Positions 1 to 8,491 of a DNA stretch of 64,000 nt are shown here, piece by piece. The stretch's first letter is position 1. Each line of letters starts with the position of its first letter. This DNA comes from a virus, in the IMG/VR virus record IMGVR_UViG_3300016474_000049, positions 1-64,000 of that record, one strand, 5' to 3'. The position numbers and the translations under genes were made by a program. The notes beneath the pieces are model-generated. The model searched no databases, was not told where the DNA came from, and was given only the letters and a program-made list of their open reading frames with translations.

Positions 1-2
1 AC

Positions 3-830
3 ATCAGCGCATGGACTGCATACAAACTAGACAAACAACAATCCGCTAAGGTTGTTGCAGATAACAACGCAACAGAGAGCGATGCAGCAAGGGTCAACAA
101 GAACCTCATGGCAGGTACGACCCTGCTTAAGAACATCAACGACTACATTGCGAAGGTACGCATCTGGCACATAGCGCAGACCCTGCCGTGGGCAGAGAAA
201 GGCCCAAGGCTACTGCCGATGGCTAACTTCTTCCGCTACAAGGAACAGCTTAATACGATGGAGGCAAACACAACAGCACTCGTCAAGACGTTCCTCGATG
301 CTTATCCTAACCTCGTATCAGTAGCAGCATTCAAGCTGGGTAACTTCTTCAATCGCTCAGAGTATCCAGACGTGAGCGAGGTTGCTCGCAAGTTCAGCTT
401 CAGATATGCCTTCACTCCTGTGCCACAGAGCGGACACTTCATACTCGACACACACAACGAGGTTATCCAAGAGCTAGCTACTAACTACGAGGCCGAGGCT
501 AACCGCAGGGTAGGCGATGCGATGAAGGATGCGTGGGGTAGGTTGCACGAGACACTCATTCATATCTCATCACGCATGACTGACTCACCACAAGACCAAG
601 AAGATAAGAAGAAGCGCTATCACGAGAGCATGCTGACCAACGCGCATGAGCTATGCGGACTACTTACTGCGTTCAACATAACAGGAGATGCCAAGCTAGA
701 GCAGGCACGGCAGGACTTAGAGCGTGCACTGTCAGGGGTACGCATCGATGACATCAAGGAGAGTGCATCAGTACGCAAGGAGATAAAGGACAAGGTAGAC
801 AACATCCTCGCCGTTAACGATTGGATATAG
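3..830 (+). CDS. conserved hypothetical protein, 5'-truncated by the window edge
   Basis: The frame of the 108..830 ORF stays open with no stop codon back to nt 3, so the true start is probably upstream of the window. Stop TAG is at 828-830. It lies directly upstream of the vWA gene. I can name no motif with certainty. Confidence 0.6.
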   Translation: MSAWTAYKLDKQQSAKVVADNNATESDAARVNKNLMAGTTLLKNINDYIAKVRIWHIAQTLPWAEKGPRLLPMANFFRYKEQLNTMEANTTALVKTFLDAYPNLVSVAAFKLGNFFNRSEYPDVSEVARKFSFRYAFTPVPQSGHFILDTHNEVIQELATNYEAEANRRVGDAMKDAWGRLHETLIHISSRMTDSPQDQEDKKKRYHESMLTNAHELCGLLTAFNITGDAKLEQARQDLERALSGVRIDDIKESASVRKEIKDKVDNILAVNDWI

Positions 831-838
831 GAGAGCAT

Positions 839-2092
839 ATGTTTGCACAAGCACTACAACCACAAACCGTTGAGCAACGGCTAGCTACACAGAACAGACG
901 CATGGCTAAGATCAACATCTCAATCATGCGAGAAGATAAGTTCGCACTGTGGTCTGGCTTCCTCTCACTGGGTACGATAACCATACTGGATAAGAAATTC
1001 ACAGCAAGAACCAACGGCATCGATGAAGAGTATTCGCTCAGCTTCATCGAGACACTTACTGATAAGGAGCTAGCCTTTGTTCGGTTACACGAGATGCTGC
1101 ACAAAGCGTTCAAGCATCTGAAGATTTACCGCAAGCTATACAAGGAAGATGCCGAGTGCGCCAACAAAGCTTGTGACTATCTTATTAACTACTTACTGTG
1201 GGAAGCAGACCAACAAGCCAAGGTCATCGCACTACCCAAGATCGCACTGTTCGATGCCAAGTACAAGGGACTCAACAGCAAGCAGATCTATGACCTGCTA
1301 CGCAAGCAGAAGCAACAACAGCAAAGCCAAGGACAGGGGCAAGGTCAAGCGCAAGGTGAACCCTCACTAGATGAGCATATGTGGGATGAAGCAGAGGGTA
1401 TGTCTGATGATGATAAGAAGAAGATCGAGGAACGAATAGACGCTGCCATCAGGCAGGGCATCATTGCACACAACAAGAAGAACAAAGGCAACGGAGCAGG
1501 CAGTATGTACCGCACCTTGCAAGAGATGCTCATGCCACAAGTAGACTGGCGCGAGCAGTTGCGAGAGTTCATCAAGCAAGCATGCCCAGACAAGACCAAG
1601 ACATCATGGCGCAAGATCAACCGGCGCATGTTGGAGTTCGACCTGTATATGCCTGTGCTGATCGGTGAGCAGATGAAGGACTTGGTTGTAGCTGTCGATA
1701 CGTCAGGGTCTATTGGCGATAAGGAGTTAGGTGCATTCCTCTCAGAGATCAAATCTATCTGTGAGGAGGTAAGACCAAGCAACCTGCACTTGCTCTACTG
1801 GGACACTCGCATCGCTAACCATGAGCAATACACAAAGTCTAACCTTGACTTGCTAACCACATCGACCCGACCCAAGGGAGGTGGTGGTACATCACCTAGC
1901 TGCATCGCTAAGTATATGAAGGAGAAGCACATTGATGCCGAGCTATGTATCGTATTTACCGACGGTTGCGTTGGTGCTGATTGGGGAGGTCCGGCAGACA
2001 GTTGGGTTTCTCCTGTCTTGTGGGCGATCTCAGATAATGAGACTGCGGTTCCGGCTTTTGGGTCGGCTGTATATATTAAATCTGATAAGTGA
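839..2092 (+). CDS. vWA-domain protein with N-terminal zincin-like (HExxH) domain, CobT/DUF2201-like
   Basis: ATG at 839 is preceded by GGAGAG; the track start at 821 is a TTG. HEMLH motif in the N-terminal half, Q/G-rich linker (QKQQQQSQGQGQGQAQG), MIDAS-type VAVDTSGSIG and a later FTDG typical of vWA folds. Confidence 0.8.
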   Translation: MFAQALQPQTVEQRLATQNRRMAKINISIMREDKFALWSGFLSLGTITILDKKFTARTNGIDEEYSLSFIETLTDKELAFVRLHEMLHKAFKHLKIYRKLYKEDAECANKACDYLINYLLWEADQQAKVIALPKIALFDAKYKGLNSKQIYDLLRKQKQQQQSQGQGQGQAQGEPSLDEHMWDEAEGMSDDDKKKIEERIDAAIRQGIIAHNKKNKGNGAGSMYRTLQEMLMPQVDWREQLREFIKQACPDKTKTSWRKINRRMLEFDLYMPVLIGEQMKDLVVAVDTSGSIGDKELGAFLSEIKSICEEVRPSNLHLLYWDTRIANHEQYTKSNLDLLTTSTRPKGGGGTSPSCIAKYMKEKHIDAELCIVFTDGCVGADWGGPADSWVSPVLWAISDNETAVPAFGSAVYIKSDK

Positions 2093-2102
2093 GGAGTGGG
2101 TT

Positions 2103-2354
2103 ATGGATAACACGAGAGCATTGATCGAGTTCAGGACTAGCTATGTGCTACCCATTGAGAAAGCAGTAGCAATCATGAAGCTTTTATCCGAGGCTGAAGT
2201 CTACGAGACCAAGTGGCACAGCGGCAAGGACGGTGGTTCTAGTTCTTATACGCATCACATCTACACCCCGAAGGCTAATAGCTTGTCGTTAAGTCTTATG
2301 CACAACGGCACATACGCAATGTACAAAGCAGCCGGTAGCCCTAGCGAGGATTGA
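2103..2354 (+). CDS. hypothetical protein (83 aa)
   Basis: Internal ATG of the 1932..2354 ORF, preceded by GAGGAG. It starts 8 nt after the vWA stop and packs tightly with its neighbours. Confidence 0.55.
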   Translation: MDNTRALIEFRTSYVLPIEKAVAIMKLLSEAEVYETKWHSGKDGGSSSYTHHIYTPKANSLSLSLMHNGTYAMYKAAGSPSED

Positions 2355-2356
2355 AT

Positions 2357-3331
2357 ATGCCTACATACAATAACGTAACCCTTATGCCCATCCCCTCACG
2401 AGAGGATGGTCGGATCGAGACCAAGGTTGATAACAGCTTTGCATTACCTGACGTGCACCCTGTACACAAGAACATAGTATTTAGAACGCCAAAGATAGAA
2501 GCTGATCTGGTCAGTACCAACAAGAAGCGAGATGCCTCTAAGCAAATAACCCTGAGCATCAGGCATGGCATGTTGCAGTTGCTTGAGGAGCTTGCCGCTA
2601 AGCGTCCGCTGTGGAGGTTCGAGGCGAACAACTATATATACAGTGGCTTTATTACTGAGTTCGTTGTAAGCGAAGGCTCAGAAGAACTTGGCAAGCTTGC
2701 TCATACTATTGACTACATAGGTGGTAGGTCACAAAGAGCAGACGTGTTCAAGATCTACAACCATCGCATCAACGACAAGCTAACCGTGAGGGACCACAAG
2801 ACTACGTCCAGTATGGATAAAGCTGTACGCACTGTGTTTAAGGAGTTCGGTGTAAGGAACCTGACAGAGGTAGTCAAACAAGCAAGAGAAGCAGTCACTA
2901 AGACTGTCAAAGACCTGCATGTCGAAGCACACCGCAAGATGAATGAGGCGCAGTGGAATATACGCAGCACACTTATGGATACGTTGCTAGCCAGACCTGA
3001 TCTGTTCATGCAGTTTAGTTGGTACGACAAGCTTGGCGCACCCTGTGTGGAGTATGGGCAGGCAGTGGCTATGATGGACAATACAAAAAACAAAGTAGAA
3101 AAACTTGAAGGAGGGAAACTTGTAATTCAACGTGGTGATACATATATAGTTGTTGACAATGTCAATAACGTGAGCTACACTCATCAAACACTACCATATG
3201 ATGTTCGATCTAAGCTTGGCATGTTAAAGCTTGTTGAGCCTAACGAGTTTGTAAGTGGTGTGGGTTTTAAATCAGATCAAGAATGCTTCTATATCTTTCA
3301 AGATGCAGAGCAACAACATACTGAGGAATAG
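2357..3331 (+). CDS. hypothetical protein (324 aa)
   Basis: ATG at 2357 with GAGGA 6 nt upstream (the track start at 2351 is TTG). Long ORF co-oriented with the operon. Confidence 0.7.
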   Translation: MPTYNNVTLMPIPSREDGRIETKVDNSFALPDVHPVHKNIVFRTPKIEADLVSTNKKRDASKQITLSIRHGMLQLLEELAAKRPLWRFEANNYIYSGFITEFVVSEGSEELGKLAHTIDYIGGRSQRADVFKIYNHRINDKLTVRDHKTTSSMDKAVRTVFKEFGVRNLTEVVKQAREAVTKTVKDLHVEAHRKMNEAQWNIRSTLMDTLLARPDLFMQFSWYDKLGAPCVEYGQAVAMMDNTKNKVEKLEGGKLVIQRGDTYIVVDNVNNVSYTHQTLPYDVRSKLGMLKLVEPNEFVSGVGFKSDQECFYIFQDAEQQHTEE

Positions 3332-3333
3332 CA

Positions 3334-3645
3334 ATGGTTACTACAAAGAAGCGCAGGGGGCGTCCCCCCAGAGCGAAGGTTGAGTACACAGTCACAGCAA
3401 TAAGCAGCAAACCTGCAAGCGCAGACACAAGGCAGGTTGGTGGTACGCACTATAAAGCAATGGGTGTGCAACCTTGGGAAGCAATGGAGACACTGCTTAC
3501 CCACGACGAGTTCCTTGGGTTCCTCAAGGGCAACATGATCAAGTACGCTATGCGTCAGGGACTCAAAGATCCTACTGATGCTGATAAGTTCCGGCACTAC
3601 AGACAGAAGTATCTTGAGGTGCTGCTCTCGCTTAATAAAGAATAG
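3334..3645 (+). CDS. DUF3310-like small phage protein
   Basis: GGTHYKAMGVQPWE...FLKGNMIKYAMR pattern resembles the DUF3310 family common in phage early regions. Starts 2 nt after the previous stop. Confidence 0.6.
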   Translation: MVTTKKRRGRPPRAKVEYTVTAISSKPASADTRQVGGTHYKAMGVQPWEAMETLLTHDEFLGFLKGNMIKYAMRQGLKDPTDADKFRHYRQKYLEVLLSLNKE

Positions 3646-3647
3646 CG

Positions 3648-3842
3648 ATGAAAGAGGGAGACCGCGTGCGGTTTCCCAACAAAGAAGAAGGCAAGGTATA
3701 CGCAATTAATGGCGATGACTTGGTCGTTCTCATTGCACAAACACCTTGGCCTTTTCCGCGTTGGGTTCACTGCAACAGGCGTGACGTTAAGTTGGTACGT
3801 GCAAGCAAAGACTTATCCGACATCGAGGAGGCACCTTACTAA
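3648..3842 (+). CDS. hypothetical protein (64 aa)
   Basis: ATG 2 nt after the upstream stop. Its stop overlaps the next start (TAATG). Confidence 0.5.
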   Translation: MKEGDRVRFPNKEEGKVYAINGDDLVVLIAQTPWPFPRWVHCNRRDVKLVRASKDLSDIEEAPY

Positions 3843-4072
3843 TGACAGAAGAACAACTACAGAACATGGAGCGATGTATCAGGCTGTGGAAGTCTGGCTC
3901 TGATGTTATCGCCGTGTGGAAGAAGCAACCAGTTCCCGAAGATAAGAACAGGGACATGCCGCACCCTGCTCCTACGTGGACACCCCCAAGCGAAGACCCG
4001 TATTACTTACGCAAGTGGGCGTTCTACAAATCCCTAGCGGCTAAGGCAAGTGAAAACGATCTCATTAACTAA
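3842..4072 (+). CDS. hypothetical protein (76 aa)
   Basis: TAATG coupling to the upstream gene. The ORF fills the gap to the next RBS. Confidence 0.5.
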   Translation: MTEEQLQNMERCIRLWKSGSDVIAVWKKQPVPEDKNRDMPHPAPTWTPPSEDPYYLRKWAFYKSLAAKASENDLIN

Positions 4073-4081
4073 GAGGAAATT

Positions 4082-4849
4082 ATGGCTACAAAGAAAGTAA
4101 CAGAAGATACGATCCAAATCGTTGAGATGGAAACCCAAACGGTTACGTTCCACGTACTAGGAACTACACCGATGATCTGCAACCGTATGCCTGAGAAGGC
4201 ATGGCAGCAACTGCTTCTCCCCTCCGGTCGCAAGACTGCTGCTGAGAAAGCAGGATCAATGAAGCACGATCCGTTGGTCGAGTATCGGTCCTCACCATAC
4301 CGCATGCCGCAGGGCGATCATGCAACGGAGTTATCTGTCCTTGCTACGCAGTTCAAAGGTGCACTACGCAATGCTGCACTCGATATGCCTGGAGCTAAGA
4401 AGTCACAGATTGGTCGCTTGACTACGGTTGAGAACGAGCGTCTTGAGTTATTCGGTGTACCTAAGATCTTCTCAAGTATCACTCGGTCGGCAGACATCAA
4501 CAAGACACCTGATGTACGTACCCGTGCCATCGTGCCGAAGTGGGCATGCAAGGTTGATATTACTTATGTGCGTCCTGTGTTGAACCACACCATTATCTCT
4601 AACCTCTTTGCTACAGCAGGTATCACAATGGGTGTTGGTGATTGGAGACCTGAGAAAGGTTCGGGCAACTACGGTCGTTGGAAGATTGTCGATGCTGATG
4701 ATCCTGAGTTCTTAGCAGTAATTAAGTCAGGTGGTAAGGCAGCGCAACTCGAAGCACTGGAAAACCCAGAAGCTTATGACGATGACACTGAAGAGTTGCT
4801 TTCATGGTTCAACACAGAGACCAAGCGTCGTGGTCTCAAAGTTGCTTAA
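4082..4849 (+). CDS. hypothetical protein (255 aa)
   Basis: GAGGAA RBS upstream of the ATG. Long ORF with a Gly-rich loop near the C-terminus (GITMGVGDWRPEKGSGNYG). No family assigned. Confidence 0.7.
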   Translation: MATKKVTEDTIQIVEMETQTVTFHVLGTTPMICNRMPEKAWQQLLLPSGRKTAAEKAGSMKHDPLVEYRSSPYRMPQGDHATELSVLATQFKGALRNAALDMPGAKKSQIGRLTTVENERLELFGVPKIFSSITRSADINKTPDVRTRAIVPKWACKVDITYVRPVLNHTIISNLFATAGITMGVGDWRPEKGSGNYGRWKIVDADDPEFLAVIKSGGKAAQLEALENPEAYDDDTEELLSWFNTETKRRGLKVA

Positions 4850-4859
4850 AGGATAAAAC

Positions 4860-5324
4860 ATGGATAGAGCCGCAATCGCTAAGAGGTTAGACGAGATTGC
4901 GGCCCTCCACGGAGGGTCGCTTACACCAGACATCGTAGTAGCAGATGCTAAGAACCCATCAAGTCCTCTGCATACTTACTTTGACTGGAGTCTTGAGAGT
5001 GCAGCATATAAACATTGGGTTGAGACTGCACGTAATTTGATTGCTTCAGTTCGCGTAGTTATAACAACAGACAAGGTCGTTATCAAAGCACCCGTCTATC
5101 TGCGAGACCCAAGCAAGAAAGGCAACGAGCAAGGCTACACCACACTCACCAAGGTACGTAGCGATAAAGATCTGTCGAGAGAAGTTATCAACAACGAGGT
5201 CGCACTCATTGTTGGTGCGTTACGAAGAGCAAAGAACGTAGCGCAGGCGCTTGATATGGTGGAGGAGATGGAAGCACTGCTTGAACAAGTCTTAGTCCTA
5301 CGCAACAAGTTGGAGAAGGTTTAG
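4860..5324 (+). CDS. hypothetical protein (154 aa)
   Basis: ATG 10 nt after the upstream stop, co-oriented. The last nt of its stop TAG is the first nt of the first GGCAGG box. Confidence 0.65.
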   Translation: MDRAAIAKRLDEIAALHGGSLTPDIVVADAKNPSSPLHTYFDWSLESAAYKHWVETARNLIASVRVVITTDKVVIKAPVYLRDPSKKGNEQGYTTLTKVRSDKDLSREVINNEVALIVGALRRAKNVAQALDMVEEMEALLEQVLVLRNKLEKV

Positions 5325-5999
5325 GCAGGCATGGTTCGGTTGATGGGGTAGGGCTTTATTTGGTAAGGATGGTGAGGCAGGCTAGGTGGGGTGGGATTCG
5401 ATAGTTTGCTATGAGGTTAGATTTGGCAGGCACGGCGTGGCGTGACAGGGTACGGTCGGATTGGGTCCGGTTTAGTTTGTTTCGGCAGGTGCGGTTTAAT
5501 CAGATCAGGTTCGGAAGGGTACGGTACGGTTCGTTATGGCAGGTCCGGCGGGGCGAGATAAGGTCCGGTGGGGTGTGGTGTGGTCTGGTGTGGTCTGGCA
5601 GGCGCGGCTAGGTTCGGCGCTTACGGTTTGTTATGGTTTGTGCGGCAGGCAAGGTTAGATGGTATTTGGTTCGGCGTTTTATGGTTCGGTCGGATACGGC
5701 AGGCTAGGTGAGGTCGGGGTAGGTGTTGTATGTAAGGTCTTATCAGGCAGGCACGGTTCGGTTCGGTAGGTTGCATTTGGGTATGGTTCGGTGCGGTTCG
5801 TTTTGGCAGGTGTGGCGAATGAGGTCGGTCACGGCATGGTCGGGTTAGTCAGGCAGGCATGGTGAGGTAGAAGATGGTGCGGTATGGTCTCGTCAGGCAT
5901 GGCAGGCTAGGTTTAATCGGGTTCGATAAATTGAGTTTTGATGAGGCAGGTCAGGTGTGGTGTGGTGTTACGAGGTATGGTGGTATGGGGTTAGGCAGG
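5324..5999 (+). repeat. non-coding G+T-rich array with 14 phased GGCAGG(Y)NNGG(Y) boxes
   Basis: GGCAGG starts at 5324, 5376, 5425, 5484, 5538, 5597, 5644, 5698, 5746, 5805, 5852, 5901, 5945 and 5994, with spacings of 44-59 bp. Hand counts on two 60-nt lines gave 72% and 77% G+T on the + strand. There is no credible ORF, and the array fills the whole intergenic gap. Confidence 0.9.
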
Positions 6000-6017
6000 T
6001 AATTTATAGGAGGTTAT

Positions 6018-6245
6018 ATGGATGAGTTTGAAGCAGAACGTGCGTGGGCAGAGAAGCAGTTCTTAACTGAGTTGCGAGATGATTTTGCTATGGCAGCAAT
6101 TACTGGGATTCTTGCAGGTAAGTGGGGGCAGATGCCGCAGTACAAACCCGAAGAAGCGTTCGCTGATTTTGCGTATCGTGTAGCAGATGAAATGATTAAA
6201 CGGAGAGGTAAGCATGTCGATAATGAATCAAAACAAGATAGCTGA
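6018..6245 (+). CDS. hypothetical small protein (75 aa)
   Basis: TAGGAGG RBS at 6007-6013, ATG at 6018. First gene after the GT-rich array. Confidence 0.65.
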   Translation: MDEFEAERAWAEKQFLTELRDDFAMAAITGILAGKWGQMPQYKPEEAFADFAYRVADEMIKRRGKHVDNESKQDS

Positions 6246-6453
6246 AACACAACCCCAACCTATCTTCTACCTACACGGTGTTCCTTATCTTCCTGATTAC
6301 AGCGAGAAGCATCGTTGGATTGGGCCTGGAACTAAACATACGAGGACGGTGTACAAAACAATAGAGTTGGCAGAGGCAGGGGCAAGGTTAAGTGTTATGT
6401 CGTTATGGGCAAGATCATGGACTGAAGAAGTAAGGGGGTGGAAAGCATTATGA
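6214..6453 (+). CDS. hypothetical small protein (79 aa)
   Basis: GGAGAGG RBS at 6202-6208, ATG at 6214. Overlaps the upstream gene by 32 nt. Confidence 0.5.
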   Translation: MSIMNQNKIAETQPQPIFYLHGVPYLPDYSEKHRWIGPGTKHTRTVYKTIELAEAGARLSVMSLWARSWTEEVRGWKAL

Positions 6454-6656
6454 AACCAAAAGGTATGACAAGCGCACAGTACATTGAACTACTTGAGAAG
6501 AAATTAGAAGCATATGAGCAACGTCCCAAGCGTCCTCAGTGGGAGAACCTAGCCAACACAACGATCTATGCAGAGAGCATGCGTTGGGTTAATTCTTCGA
6601 TGTTTACAGCAGGCGCAAACTGGGCGCAACGTAGATTAAAGGAGTTGAACGAATGA
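6450..6656 (+). CDS. hypothetical small protein (68 aa)
   Basis: ATGA overlap with the upstream stop (the track start at 6438 is GTG). Confidence 0.55.
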   Translation: MKPKGMTSAQYIELLEKKLEAYEQRPKRPQWENLANTTIYAESMRWVNSSMFTAGANWAQRRLKELNE

Positions 6657-6973
6657 GTTATCACGACGTACTGACACCCTTGCAGCTTAAGTGCGTCAAC
6701 TACATACGTAGTCGCAAGATTCCCCCAAACCGCAAAGAGGTTGCGCTTTACCTCAAAGTATCTCCTTCCGCTGCTAATAACTTACTCAGAAGACTTGCAT
6801 TCTTTGGGCATCTAAAAAGCTTCACGGAGCGCGGCAAGTCTGGGCAGCTTGAGCGGTACTACACGTTCGTGAGCATGACGCGTATAGAGCATGGGCGTAG
6901 AGAGAAACCCAAGAAAAATAAGTTAAGCACAATCTTTAACGATCCATTTAATTTAGCAGGAGCTAGAGCATGA
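6653..6973 (+). CDS. putative winged-helix DNA-binding protein
   Basis: ATGA coupling. LTPLQLKCVNYIRSRKIPPNRKEVALYLKVSPSAANNLLRRL resembles LexA/MarR-type wHTH N-terminal domains. Confidence 0.5.
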   Translation: MSYHDVLTPLQLKCVNYIRSRKIPPNRKEVALYLKVSPSAANNLLRRLAFFGHLKSFTERGKSGQLERYYTFVSMTRIEHGRREKPKKNKLSTIFNDPFNLAGARA

Positions 6974-7155
6974 GTCCCGCACATAGGTTTGCCATGTTAG
7001 CTGCATGGCTTGAAGGCTACGCCGAAGGCTTGCCTGACTATTGCACCAACGAGAAGTTCAAGATCAAAGAAGCGGCTGAGCTACTGATGGAAGTGTACGA
7101 GCAGCGCATGAAGGGAAAGGAGGAGTGGAAGCAACATACGAGCGATCAAGCATGA
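6970..7155 (+). CDS. hypothetical small protein (61 aa)
   Basis: ATGA coupling on both sides. Confidence 0.5.
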   Translation: MSPAHRFAMLAAWLEGYAEGLPDYCTNEKFKIKEAAELLMEVYEQRMKGKEEWKQHTSDQA

Positions 7156-7487
7156 TCAAGATGACTGAGCTTTTGTATGCGCGAATGATACGCATGCTGC
7201 TTGATGGATGTACGGCATACGATATTGTTAACGAGACAGGGCTACATATTGTAACGGCGCAATCTTATTTGCGAGCACTACACAGAGAGAAAGCAGTTCA
7301 CGTCATTGGGTGGCTAAAGAACTCAAGAGGTGCGGATACTACAAAGATCTTCAAGATAGGTGAGGGTGAAGATAAACCTCGCACCATCATGACCCGTGCA
7401 GAGATTGCTAAACGCTATAAGTTTAAACAGAAGCTTAGGAAACGCATGCAACGAGAGAAATCAATTATTGAAGGGGATAGAGCATGA
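7152..7487 (+). CDS. putative HTH DNA-binding protein (111 aa)
   Basis: ATGA overlap at 7152 (the track start at 7125 is GTG). AYDIVNETGLHIVTAQSYLRAL is HTH-like. Confidence 0.45.
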   Translation: MIKMTELLYARMIRMLLDGCTAYDIVNETGLHIVTAQSYLRALHREKAVHVIGWLKNSRGADTTKIFKIGEGEDKPRTIMTRAEIAKRYKFKQKLRKRMQREKSIIEGDRA

Positions 7488-7855
7488 GCAGAGAAGCTAT
7501 TGAAGAAGCGATAGAGGTGCTGGAGGATGCAAGTGCAGAGATGTTGACGGAAACAGGCGAAGAAAATTACTACAGCGAAGCCATCGCTATTCTGCGCCAA
7601 GCACTGGAGACAGAAACTGAAGCCTTGCGGCTGGCTGATGCGCTGGACGCTGAGTTTGTGCAAGGACGAATAAGCAATAGCACGGGCAGGGAATCAGCCG
7701 TTGAACTGCGCCGGTTGCATGAGGTCAATCAGGATCTGCTGAAGGCACTCAACACGATCCTTAACATAAGCTTGATAGATAACGGGCACTGGGCCAAGAC
7801 GATAGAACGCGAGGCTCATGAAGTCATCGCCAAGGCGACTGGGGGTGAGGTATGA
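7484..7855 (+). CDS. hypothetical protein, member 1 of the MSREA...LRQALETE paralog pair
   Basis: ATGA coupling. Its N-terminal module is shared with the next gene at both protein and nucleotide level. Confidence 0.6.
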   Translation: MSREAIEEAIEVLEDASAEMLTETGEENYYSEAIAILRQALETETEALRLADALDAEFVQGRISNSTGRESAVELRRLHEVNQDLLKALNTILNISLIDNGHWAKTIEREAHEVIAKATGGEV

Positions 7856-8277
7856 GCAGAGAAGCTATGAAGCAGGCGTTAGAGGCGTTGGAAAGTGACC
7901 CAATAACTCATGCTGGATTAGTTAACAGGAAACAAGCCATCGCCGCCCTACGCCAAGCACTGGAGACAGAGCAAGAGCCGGTGGCGTGGATGCACAACTT
8001 TATTACGAATAATGTGATCACGCACATACCAGCAGATATTGGCCGTCATCCTGAGCGATGGACTGCGCTTTACAAAGACCCTACGCCGTGCAAAACATGC
8101 GAGTCACTTGCTATGGCAGTAATGAACGATCAGACATACCACGAAAAAGTAATTCCAAAGCGTGAATGGGTTGGGCTGACGGCTTATGAAATACAAGAGA
8201 TCCATTTAGGAAATCAGCACTGGGGTAATTTTGCCCGTGCCATTGAAGCCAAGCTAAAGGAACGGAATCATGGATAA
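7852..8277 (+). CDS. hypothetical protein, member 2 of the MSREA...LRQALETE paralog pair
   Basis: ATGA coupling. MSREAMKQALEALE...IAALRQALETEQEP parallels the 7484 gene. Confidence 0.6.
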   Translation: MSREAMKQALEALESDPITHAGLVNRKQAIAALRQALETEQEPVAWMHNFITNNVITHIPADIGRHPERWTALYKDPTPCKTCESLAMAVMNDQTYHEKVIPKREWVGLTAYEIQEIHLGNQHWGNFARAIEAKLKERNHG

Positions 8278-8491
8278 AGAAGACATCATCCGCATAGCGC
8301 GGGAGGCGGGATTGGCTTACGGATCTGACGAAAAGCCATTAGGTTCTGTAACACGCTTCGCTGCCCTTGTTGCCGCGCATGAGCGTGAGGTGTGTGCGAA
8401 GGTGTGTGATGTTCTTGCTGTACATCCTGAATATGCGTCAGACATTACAAAGGTGGCCGCGCAAGCAATCCGAGCAAGGGGAAACAAATGA
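8270..8491 (+). CDS. hypothetical protein with HERE(V/A)CAKVC...AIRARG motif (paralog 1 of 3)
   Basis: The shared C-terminal motif set recurs in the next two genes. Nucleotides 8354-8411 match 8590-8647 with about 5 mismatches in 58. Confidence 0.6.
   Translation: MDKEDIIRIAREAGLAYGSDEKPLGSVTRFAALVAAHEREVCAKVCDVLAVHPEYASDITKVAAQAIRARGNK

Noticed and set aside
3709-3903. 64-aa + strand ORF overlapping genes 3648..3842 and 3842..4072 in another frame
   Set aside because: It is completely covered by two tightly coupled genes and has no RBS.
5411-5611. 66-aa ORF inside the GT-rich array (MRLDLAGTAWRDRVRSDWVRFSLFRQ...)
   Set aside because: Its low-complexity R/G/V/W composition is simply the translation of the G+T-rich repeats. 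It has no RBS, and neighbouring frames give similar junk. I treat the region as non-coding.
5324-5999. CRISPR array, sigma54 promoter series or CsrA-sponge interpretation of the GGCAGG array
   Set aside because: Only 6-12 nt are conserved per unit, spacing varies from 44 to 59 bp, and the filler shares the biased composition, so it is not a CRISPR repeat-spacer array; there are no cas genes either. The GG...GC spacing does not fit the -24/-12 sigma54 consensus (position +12 after GG is TT/TC, not GC). GGA motifs, which are needed for CsrA/RsmA binding, are rare at about five copies.
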